Source of the DNA: Chloroflexota bacterium
Lineage (GTDB): Bacteria; Chloroflexota; Anaerolineae; Aggregatilineales; Phototrophicaceae
Reading direction: 5' to 3'
Assembly (NCBI GenBank): GCA_013388745.1
Contig: JACAER010000043.1
Location: forward strand, 6,165 to 70,164
Length of the DNA: 64,000 bases
Positions 26,003 to 33,697 of this stretch are shown here, piece by piece (position 1 is the first letter of the stretch; each line of letters begins with the position of its first letter). The notes beneath the pieces were generated by a model, which ran no database searches, was not told where the DNA came from, and saw only the letters and a list, made by a program, of their open reading frames with translations. The position numbers and the translations under genes were made by a program.

Positions 26003-26110
26003 TGTTTGGCAGCAAATCGGATAGAATTTTGTTCTCCCTATAGACATTCGTCCCTATTTCACTGAACATAAGAATAGGATCGCTGCCTCAACCGAACGCG
26101 CACAATAACC

Positions 26111-27220
26111 ATGTCGATGACCGATAATCCGAACTGGGGTGTCCGTGTCCTGCTGGCCGAGGACAGCCCAACCGTCCGTCATTTTCTCACGGGTCTCATT
26201 AACGAGACGCCGGGTTTTCATGTGGTCGGCGCGGCGCGCGATGGTGAAGAAGCGCTGGCGCTCACGCAGGAACTCAAACCCGATGTCATTTCGATGGATA
26301 TTCGGATGCCGCGCATGGATGGTCTGGAGGCCACACGGCGCATCATGGCGCAGTGCCCGACGCCGGTGGTCGTCGTCAGCGGCCTGTTGGAGAGCGAAGT
26401 CGAGCTGTCGATGCAGGCGCTGCAAGCCGGCGCGCTGGCGGTGGTCGAAAAACCGCCCGACCGTCGCGACCCGGCGTTCGCCGAAAAACAGCGCCAGTTA
26501 ATGAAAACCCTGTTGGCGATGTCGGGCGTGAAGGTGATTCAGCGGCGTGAATTGAGCAGCGAGCGGATCACGCTGCTGGGTGGTGTCGGCGCGCCGCTGC
26601 TGCCGGTGGCCGCAACTACGCCCAAACCAGTCACGATTGATCGTCCGCGCCTGCCGCCGGAAGTGGTCGCTTTTGGCGCCAGCGCGGGCGGCCCCAGCGC
26701 CCTGATTAATCTGCTCAACGGGCTGACGGCGGATTTTCGGCTGCCGATCGTCGTTGTGCAGCACATGCCCGGCGAATTTATCGGCGGGCTGGCGCGCTGG
26801 CTGCGCAAAAGCACCCCGTTAGCCGTAAACATCGTGGCCGATAATCATCTGCTGCAAGCGGGCGTGGTGCATCTGGCGCCCGGCGGCGCGCATCTGACGA
26901 TTGTGCGCCAGCGCCAGCGGTTGCTCGCGCGGCTGGTCAAAGCACAGGGGCCGCACCGCTACCAACCGTCGGTGGATGTGCTGTTTTCGTCGATCGCCGC
27001 TACCTGTGGCTCGGCCAGCGTCGGCGTGATTCTGACAGGCATGGGCGACGACGGCGCCGAAGGGCTGCTGGCGATGCGGCGGGCGGGGGCACGCACGTTC
27101 GCCCAGGACGAAAGCAGCGCGACCGTTTTCGGGATGCCGGGGGCGGCTGTTGAACGTGGTAGCGTAGAACAAGTACTGCCGCTGAGCAAATTAGCGACGG
27201 CAATCCTCAATCTGGTGTAG
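26111..27220 (+). CDS. cheB: chemotaxis response regulator protein-glutamate methylesterase CheB
   Basis: REC domain (VLLAEDS...ISMDIRMPRMDG) plus methylesterase with Ser (GASAGGP), His (VQHMP) and Asp (GMGDDG). Confidence 0.9.
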   Translation: MSMTDNPNWGVRVLLAEDSPTVRHFLTGLINETPGFHVVGAARDGEEALALTQELKPDVISMDIRMPRMDGLEATRRIMAQCPTPVVVVSGLLESEVELSMQALQAGALAVVEKPPDRRDPAFAEKQRQLMKTLLAMSGVKVIQRRELSSERITLLGGVGAPLLPVAATTPKPVTIDRPRLPPEVVAFGASAGGPSALINLLNGLTADFRLPIVVVQHMPGEFIGGLARWLRKSTPLAVNIVADNHLLQAGVVHLAPGGAHLTIVRQRQRLLARLVKAQGPHRYQPSVDVLFSSIAATCGSASVGVILTGMGDDGAEGLLAMRRAGARTFAQDESSATVFGMPGAAVERGSVEQVLPLSKLATAILNLV

Positions 27221-27255
27221 AATTAAACCAAATCAACACACACGGGGTTGGCATT

Positions 27256-27630
27256 ATGGCGCTCGAAGTACTGCTGGTCGAGGACAGCAAAACACAGGCT
27301 GCACAGATCAAAGAAACCTTAGAAAGCGTGGGGCTGCGCGTGCGCGTGGCTTACGACGGCCCGGACGGCATCCGCGAGGCGATCGAAAACCCGCCGGCGC
27401 TGATCGTGCTGGATGTCAAACTGCCGACGATGGACGGTTTTCAGGTCTGCCGCCGTCTCAAGCGCAACCCGACGACACAGGATATTCCGATCATTATGCT
27501 GACGGAAAAATCGAAGGCCCAGGACACGATGACCGGTTTACGCGCCGGCGCCGACGATTACATTCCTAAAGACATCTTTGCTTCGGAACACCTTATCAAC
27601 ACCTTGCAGGAACTTGGTATACTTGAATGA
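27256..27630 (+). CDS. single-domain response regulator (CheY-like)
   Basis: 124 aa. LLVEDS, LIVLDVKLPTMDG, IIMLT, K in DYIPKD. Confidence 0.9.
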   Translation: MALEVLLVEDSKTQAAQIKETLESVGLRVRVAYDGPDGIREAIENPPALIVLDVKLPTMDGFQVCRRLKRNPTTQDIPIIMLTEKSKAQDTMTGLRAGADDYIPKDIFASEHLINTLQELGILE

Positions 27631-27655
27631 GTAGGCGTCAGCGACAAGGGACTTC

Positions 27656-28087
27656 ATGAGCGATACGAAGGGGCCGTACCATATGCGCCCACCCGTCATG
27701 TCGGTGCGGGTGGAAGACGCGATGGATATTATGATTGTGCGAGATACGGTGCGCCGCGCCGCGGGGCTGCTGGGCTTTGCGCCGGCTTATCGCGCGCAGA
27801 TGGCCAGCGCCGGCGCGACATTGGCCGAACTGGTGCTGAAAACCGGCGAAGCGCATACCGTTCATCTCAATGGTGTCATTAATGGTAACAAAGTGGGCCT
27901 GCAAATTTCCTCAGAAACGCCCTGGTTAGCCGGGATTTCTGCCAACAATGTGTTGATTGCCCTGCGTTCCAAATTGGGTGAGCTGGTCGATGAGATTTTG
28001 CTGGAGGGCGAAACCCCGCCCAACATTATCATGGTCACCTGGTTGAACGAAGCGCGCGGCAAACTCGTGCATCATGACGAAGAATAA
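27656..28087 (+). CDS. hypothetical protein, degenerate RsbW/SpoIIAB-type (HATPase-like) fold suspected
   Basis: 143 aa. The pattern V.VEDAMDIMIVRDTVRRAAGLLGF......ASAGATLAELVLK resembles the N-terminal part of anti-sigma Ser kinases. The N-box Asn and the DxGxG/GxGxG boxes are not visible. Confidence 0.6.
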   Translation: MSDTKGPYHMRPPVMSVRVEDAMDIMIVRDTVRRAAGLLGFAPAYRAQMASAGATLAELVLKTGEAHTVHLNGVINGNKVGLQISSETPWLAGISANNVLIALRSKLGELVDEILLEGETPPNIIMVTWLNEARGKLVHHDEE

Positions 28088-28517
28088 TATGCAGCTCGAA
28101 GTCCCGGTTCTTTTGTTCACGCTCGGCGACCAGGAATATGCCATGCTTATCGAGGACGTGCTGGAAGTCGCGGCGATGGTCGAAATTACGCACGTGGCCG
28201 ACCCGCGCCCCGAAATATTGGGGGTCGTTAATCGGCATGGCACGGTATTATGGATGCTCGACCTGCGCCGCATTTTTGGGCAGTCCGCCCAGAGCGTAGA
28301 CATCACCACGCTCTTTATTGTGGCGCAGCGCGGTGCTCACCAGCTTGGTTTGGTGGTGGACGAAGTGCGTCAGGTCGAATATGTCGATCTCAGCAAGTTG
28401 CAGACCAGCGCCCGCGCCACCGAGCTGATCCATGGCATCCTCAGTCATGGTGAGCGTCTGATACAATTATTAGCGCTGTCGCCGCTTTTAGAGCGCTACG
28501 CGCCGGTTGCGGATTAG
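28074..28517 (+). CDS. cheW: CheW-like coupling protein
   Basis: LLFTLGDQEYAMLIEDVLEV..ILGVVNRHGTVLWMLDLRRIFG..LGLVVDEV. An alternative start at 28089 lies 2 nt after the upstream stop. Confidence 0.85.
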   Translation: MTKNNMQLEVPVLLFTLGDQEYAMLIEDVLEVAAMVEITHVADPRPEILGVVNRHGTVLWMLDLRRIFGQSAQSVDITTLFIVAQRGAHQLGLVVDEVRQVEYVDLSKLQTSARATELIHGILSHGERLIQLLALSPLLERYAPVAD

Positions 28518-29439
28518 GGACGGGGGCATGGCAAACGCACGCAAGCAGGAACGCATTCTGATTGTTGCCAAAGACGAAGACTTGCGCACGCAACTGGCGG
28601 ATACGCTGGAATTGGCCGGTGGCTATGCCACCAATCAGGCGGGCAGCTTCGAGGAAGCGCTCAGCGAGATTCTGCTGACGGATTTTGATTTGATTGTCAC
28701 CGAAACGGAACTGCCCGATTTGAGCGGCATGGATTTACTGGCGGTGGTCGGCGGGCTGCGTCCCGGTGCGCGCGTCATCATCATCGACGACGATCTTTCT
28801 GCCAAAAGCGCTGTCGCCGTTTTTCGTCTGGGCGCGGTCGATTATCTCTACAAGCCGCTGAACATGACGTTTGTGCTGATGCAGATCGAACGCCAGCTTG
28901 AGCAAAAGCGCGCTGACCGCGCACGCCCTGTCGAGCCGGAAGAGCCCAAAACGCGCGAAGTCGCGCGCGATCGCGCGCGGCGGCTGGACCCGCGCACCCG
29001 TCCGGCGGCGCTCGTGCTGGGACGCCAGCAGTTCAAACGCATCAATATCGAACTCAATCGGCTTTTAGGGCATGTCAAGGCCAGTTTTGTCGGCCTGGTC
29101 GATGCCGACGGCAATATGGTAGGCGCGGCGGGCACGCTGGACGACTACGATCTGCAACTGCTGACGCAGGCGCTCAGCATCGACCACACCGCCCAGCGTT
29201 CGCTGGCCAGCATCCTGGACGAAAGCAAATTCCACTCGACATATTTCGAGGGCAGCAGCAACGGCGTCTATATTATCGAATTTGGGAGTCCTTATACGGT
29301 CTCGCTGGCAGTGATTTGCAGCGCCGATGTCAAACCCGGCATGGTGTGGCTCTACAGCAAGCGCACGGCGGCCATTATCGACGAAATCCTCAAGAGCATT
29401 CCCCTGCCCAAAGCGCCGCTCCCGCGCTTGCAGGAATAG
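28507..29439 (+). CDS. response regulator with C-terminal Roadblock/LC7 (MglB-like) domain
   Basis: REC domain (ILIVAKDED...LIVTETELPDLSGMD...YKPL), a charged linker, then LLGHVKASFVGLVDADGNMVGAAG...GVYIIEFGSPYTVSLAVIC, typical of Robl/LC7. Start at 28507 or 28528. Confidence 0.8.
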   Translation: MRIRDGGMANARKQERILIVAKDEDLRTQLADTLELAGGYATNQAGSFEEALSEILLTDFDLIVTETELPDLSGMDLLAVVGGLRPGARVIIIDDDLSAKSAVAVFRLGAVDYLYKPLNMTFVLMQIERQLEQKRADRARPVEPEEPKTREVARDRARRLDPRTRPAALVLGRQQFKRINIELNRLLGHVKASFVGLVDADGNMVGAAGTLDDYDLQLLTQALSIDHTAQRSLASILDESKFHSTYFEGSSNGVYIIEFGSPYTVSLAVICSADVKPGMVWLYSKRTAAIIDEILKSIPLPKAPLPRLQE

Positions 29440-29476
29440 AATACCAGTCTCCGGTTGACTGAAAACCAGACATCGG

Positions 29477-29923
29477 CTAATTCATTTGCTGGTACATCGT
29501 GTGCAGTGCTTCTGCGCCCGGTTCGCTTTCGGCGCTGGACATCACCTGGCGCACCAGCCGCATTAATTTGTCGATCGTCTGGCGCGGGATAATGCCGTGG
29601 CGGATATGCTGGTCAAGGTACACCGCGCCGCGCCCTTTGACGGGGATCACCACGACAACGCGCAGATCGGTGAAATTGGTATTGGTGACGGGGGCTTGTG
29701 CCGGGTCGGTGATGATGTTATTGGTGATAATCGCTTCGTTGTTGTCCAGCCCACGCCGCAGCGCGCCAGTCGCGACTTCCTGAAAATGGGCGGAATTGAG
29801 GGTAGGGGTGTCGAGATTCAGGGTTTCCAGCACGTTCAAATCGACATCCACCGCCAGCGCGCGTTCGGCCTGGGTGATGTCTTTGGCTGTGCGCATCAAT
29901 GCCGATAAAAAGTGGTCGCTCAT
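29477..29923 (-). CDS. stand-alone GAF-domain protein
   Basis: 148 aa. ...LRVVVVIPVKGRGAVYLDQ... is a typical GAF core. Confidence 0.7.
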   Translation of the reverse strand: MSDHFLSALMRTAKDITQAERALAVDVDLNVLETLNLDTPTLNSAHFQEVATGALRRGLDNNEAIITNNIITDPAQAPVTNTNFTDLRVVVVIPVKGRGAVYLDQHIRHGIIPRQTIDKLMRLVRQVMSSAESEPGAEALHTMYQQMN

Positions 29924-29990
29924 CCCTTACAGACCTTCCCCCGCCAAACTCATCACTATAACTATAGCATCAATCTGCGCATCAGGGGCG

Positions 29991-32210
29991 CTAACGCACC
30001 CCCAGAATCCGCACGACTTGCTGCAAACCGTCTTCGCCGGCCAGCGCGCGCATCATAGGCACCAATGCTCCTAAGCATAGCAAGACATCGGCCAGCGGTA
30101 AAGAGCAAAGCCGCCGCAGTATGTCGCCCCACAGCGCCTGTGTGCGCTCCGGGTGCGCGCTGTGCTCGCCGATCTCCTGCCACAGCGTTATGCATTCGCC
30201 TAACAACTGCACACGGAGGGTTTGCTGCGGCACGCTCAGCGCTGTCTCCAACGCTTCTTTAATCAGGGCAGCGGCCTGCGGCAGGGCGGGCAGCGGGCTG
30301 CTGCTCCCCTCTCCTGCCAGCAGCGGCGCGAGAATGCTGATCGCGCTGGCCTGATCGTATTCGTCCATGATCGAGCCGATCACCATGCCAGCGGCTTTCG
30401 ACAAATCGGCGTGCGCGGCGCTCGGCAAAAACGGCGCGATGGCCGCCAGCGCGCTGGCCTGATCGTAGCCGTTTTCGATCTGGCGCACTAAGCCCCAGAT
30501 TTTGCCGACAATCGCCGGGCGCTGGTCAGGCGGCAGGTTATGCATCAGGGCGATGCAGGCGCTCACCTGATCGAACGGGTCGCTAATATTGACCGCCAGC
30601 GCGAGCGCCGGCGCCACCAATGAGGGCAGCAGCAGCGGCGCCAGCGTCACCAGCGCGCGCGCCCGCTTGTAATCCACTTTGATCTGACGCACATTGTCCA
30701 GCAGATGTTGCAGCGTTTCGCGGCGCATTTCCTCCGGCAGATACGGGATCAGCCCGGTGAGCGCGTTCATGCGCTGCTGGAAATCGGTCAGTTGGTGCGC
30801 CTCTGCCAGCGCGCGCCCAATCAGGCGTTCCGGCAGATGCGGCCCCATCATGCTGATGGCGCGGGCGCGGGCGTTCTCATTGGCGATCAGGCGCGTCGTT
30901 TCCAGCGCATTGGCATAGGCCTGGTCCTGCATTTGCGGCGGCAGAATGTTCATGAGGGCGATCAAGGCCATGACGCGCGCATACGGCTGTTGAAGATTGG
31001 AGGCTGCCGCCAGCGCATCGAGCAGTGTTTGGTTGCGCGCGTTTTCCGGCACATGCCGTGCCAGCGCTGTCAGCGCATGGACGCGCGCCGACTGTTCGCG
31101 CATAGTATGCGCCACCGCCAGGCTCGCCACCAGCATTTCGGGCGGCAAATACTGCGCCATCTCTGCCAGCAGTTTGGCGCGATCGGTTTCGTTGCTTAGC
31201 CCGTGTACCACCGCCAGCGTTTCGCCCTGCAAATCGAGTGTCAGATGCGGCGCCAGCGCAACCAGCGTGCGCGAACGCAGCGGACGGCGAGTCAGGCTGA
31301 TGGCGATGCTCAGCGCCAGTTCCAGCAGCGCCGGGAACTGGTTGCCGGTCGCATATTCCAGATTGGGCACGAAAGCGATCAGCGCGTCGGCGCGTTCGTC
31401 TTCGCTGCGAATGGTGTTGATGGTTTCTAAGGCCTGCTGGCGCACACGCGGTTGCAGTTCGGGCGGGAGCTGCCTGGCCAGCGCGGTGAGCGCACGGGCG
31501 CGTTCTGCCGGCGCTTCGATCGACTCGGCGACTTCCAGCGCGCGCCCTTCGAGATCGGGTGGCAGGGTTTCGGCGATAGCGATAATGGTGTTGGCGCGCA
31601 GTGTATCGTTGTGCAGCACCGCGCTTTCGTCCAGGACGCGCCGCAGCATCCGCACCTGGATAGCGCTCGGCAAATGGGGTGCCAGCGCGGCGAAGGCCCG
31701 CATCCGCGCTTCGCTGTTGTGGATGGCCTGGGCCAGCGCTACCGTTTCCATCAGCGCTTCGGGCATGCTCGGTTCATCCTGTACGACGGTCAGCATGGGC
31801 GCCAGGCGCAGCATGGTGCGCACCCGCACCACGGCGTCTGGGAGCTGCCGCAACTGCCCCCAGATTTCGCGCGCTACCAGCGGGAATGTCTGCGGCGAAA
31901 GCTGCACGGCGAGTTCGACCATCAGCGACAACCGTACCGCGGTGTCGGGAATCTGACTGGCCTCTTTGAGGAGCGCTTTGATCTGGAGTTCCGTAAGTTG
32001 CTGGCTGAACGACATGAGCGCCATAATGCGCGCCTGCTGCGGGCTGCGCCGTTTTTCGCTGTAGGGCGGCGGCAGTGCGGCGGGCGTGCCGTTCATCTGG
32101 CTGAGCGCCAGCGTGCAGCGCACCTGCTGAACAAAGCCTGCTTTGCCCGCGGCTAAGGCTCTCTGAAGCGCATCTTCTAATTGTGCGCGGCTAATCTGTG
32201 CGGTGGTCAA
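29991..32210 (-). CDS. all-helical tandem-repeat protein (about 17 units of roughly 38 aa; HEAT/ARM-like)
   Basis: 739 aa. Recurring unit xxRAxALxALAPxLPxxLxxxALxxAxxIxx, for example ERARALTALARQLPPELQ, ARVHALTALARHVPENARNQ, ARVMALIALMNILPPQMQ, ARAISMMGPHLPERL, ARALVTLAPLLLPSL, ASALAAIAPFLPSA. Confidence 0.8.
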   Translation of the reverse strand: MTTAQISRAQLEDALQRALAAGKAGFVQQVRCTLALSQMNGTPAALPPPYSEKRRSPQQARIMALMSFSQQLTELQIKALLKEASQIPDTAVRLSLMVELAVQLSPQTFPLVAREIWGQLRQLPDAVVRVRTMLRLAPMLTVVQDEPSMPEALMETVALAQAIHNSEARMRAFAALAPHLPSAIQVRMLRRVLDESAVLHNDTLRANTIIAIAETLPPDLEGRALEVAESIEAPAERARALTALARQLPPELQPRVRQQALETINTIRSEDERADALIAFVPNLEYATGNQFPALLELALSIAISLTRRPLRSRTLVALAPHLTLDLQGETLAVVHGLSNETDRAKLLAEMAQYLPPEMLVASLAVAHTMREQSARVHALTALARHVPENARNQTLLDALAAASNLQQPYARVMALIALMNILPPQMQDQAYANALETTRLIANENARARAISMMGPHLPERLIGRALAEAHQLTDFQQRMNALTGLIPYLPEEMRRETLQHLLDNVRQIKVDYKRARALVTLAPLLLPSLVAPALALAVNISDPFDQVSACIALMHNLPPDQRPAIVGKIWGLVRQIENGYDQASALAAIAPFLPSAAHADLSKAAGMVIGSIMDEYDQASAISILAPLLAGEGSSSPLPALPQAAALIKEALETALSVPQQTLRVQLLGECITLWQEIGEHSAHPERTQALWGDILRRLCSLPLADVLLCLGALVPMMRALAGEDGLQQVVRILGVR

Positions 32211-32331
32211 AACGGCGCTTCCCTGTGGTGTGCCACTTTTCCCTTCTATTCTAAGGTTGAATAATGCCCGTGTGCAACCCTGCGGATGCGCTACAATAGG
32301 GGCAACATCTTAATACTTTTGAGGAGGGCCT

Positions 32332-33615
32332 ATGGCGCAGACTCCGCTGTTGATCTTATTGGCGAGTGATATGAATCGCCAGTTGTGGCCGCTGCACGAC
32401 GTCGCTGCGCTGCGCTTTGGCGCAGAACCTTTGTTGGTCAACCAGACACAGCGCTTCCAGGGCATGGGCTTCGAACAGGTGGTGCTGGTCGTTAATCCGC
32501 GTTACCAGAGCGAAACCAATACGCTGGCCGAGCAGTTGAGTGGGCTGCAAATGCGCGTGGTGATGCAGCCGGAACCCAAAGGGGTAGCCGATGCGCTGCT
32601 GCAAGCCGGCCTGGCGGTTGGCGGCGACCTCAGCCGCCCGGTGTATATCACGCGCGTGCACGATATTGTCGATGATGTGCTGCACCAGGCCATGCTTAAT
32701 GCGCACTTTGCCGATAAGACCATCGGCCTGCTGGCGTGCAGCGAAGCCGACACGCCCGGCACAGCGATGTATGCGCAGCTTGGGGAAGCCGGGCGCGTCA
32801 TGGCGGTCAGCGAACGCGCGGCGCAGGGCACGTTCCCCAGTGTGCTGGCGCATGTGCATCCCGATCTGGCGCGGCTGCTGAACACGCTGCGCAAAGAATA
32901 CGAACAAGGCAGCGAACAGGCTTACACACGTACACTCGATACGCTGGTCAAAGGCGGCGCTTATCGCGCGGTGGCTGCCAGAGGCATTTTTGGCGCGCTC
33001 GATTATCCCTGGCAGGTACTCGACGTGATGAACCACTACCTGACACGCATTCAGGGGCAGATCGTGGCCGGCAGCGCCTTTGTCTCTGATCGCGCGTCGA
33101 TTATCGGCGATGTGTTTATCGGCGCGGGGGCGCGTATTTTCCCCGGCGCGACGATTTCTGGGCCGGCTTATATTGGCGCGAGCACGTTCATCGCCAACAA
33201 CGCGCTTGTGCGCAACTGCATGATTCTCAACAACTGCGAAATCGGCTTTAACTGCGAAGTGGCGCGCAGCTATATCGCCGACAATTGCAGTTTGCACGCC
33301 GCGACCGTGCTGGATTCGGTCTTCGCGCAGGGCGTCAATTTTTCGGCGGGCTGCGCCACCGCCAATTTGCGCATGGATCGCAGCGTGGTGCGCAGCATGA
33401 TTGACGGCGAAGAGCGCGACACGGGCCGGCGCAAACTGGGCGGTATCGTTGGGCGCGACGCTTTCATTTCCGTCAATTGCAGCATCATGCCCGGTGTCAA
33501 AGTGGGCGCGCGCACGCAGATCGGCCCCGGCGTGGCGCTGCTGCACGACGTGCCCGATGATTCACGGGCCTTCGTTAAACAGGAGATGAATATTGTCGAG
33601 CGGCGTGGAAAATAA
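32332..33615 (+). CDS. sugar-phosphate nucleotidyltransferase with left-handed beta-helix C-domain (GlmU/GCD1-like architecture)
   Basis: 427 aa. Degenerate NTP-transferase N-domain and clear hexapeptide repeats (IIGDVFIGAGARIFPGATISGPAYIGASTFIANNALVRNCMILNNCEIG...). Confidence 0.75.
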   Translation: MAQTPLLILLASDMNRQLWPLHDVAALRFGAEPLLVNQTQRFQGMGFEQVVLVVNPRYQSETNTLAEQLSGLQMRVVMQPEPKGVADALLQAGLAVGGDLSRPVYITRVHDIVDDVLHQAMLNAHFADKTIGLLACSEADTPGTAMYAQLGEAGRVMAVSERAAQGTFPSVLAHVHPDLARLLNTLRKEYEQGSEQAYTRTLDTLVKGGAYRAVAARGIFGALDYPWQVLDVMNHYLTRIQGQIVAGSAFVSDRASIIGDVFIGAGARIFPGATISGPAYIGASTFIANNALVRNCMILNNCEIGFNCEVARSYIADNCSLHAATVLDSVFAQGVNFSAGCATANLRMDRSVVRSMIDGEERDTGRRKLGGIVGRDAFISVNCSIMPGVKVGARTQIGPGVALLHDVPDDSRAFVKQEMNIVERRGK

Positions 33616-33697
33616 GCGCCGTGTTCGGTTACAATAACGCTGACCCTGTGGGCGCGCTGTAGGGCGTCCACAGCCTATTTTGTGAGCTAAGTGCTTT

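Noticed and set aside
32356-33546. 396-aa minus-strand ORF antisense to the nucleotidyltransferase gene
   Set aside because: The plus strand shows regular hexapeptide (left-handed beta-helix) repeats. The minus frame is Ala/Arg/His-rich with no domain signal.
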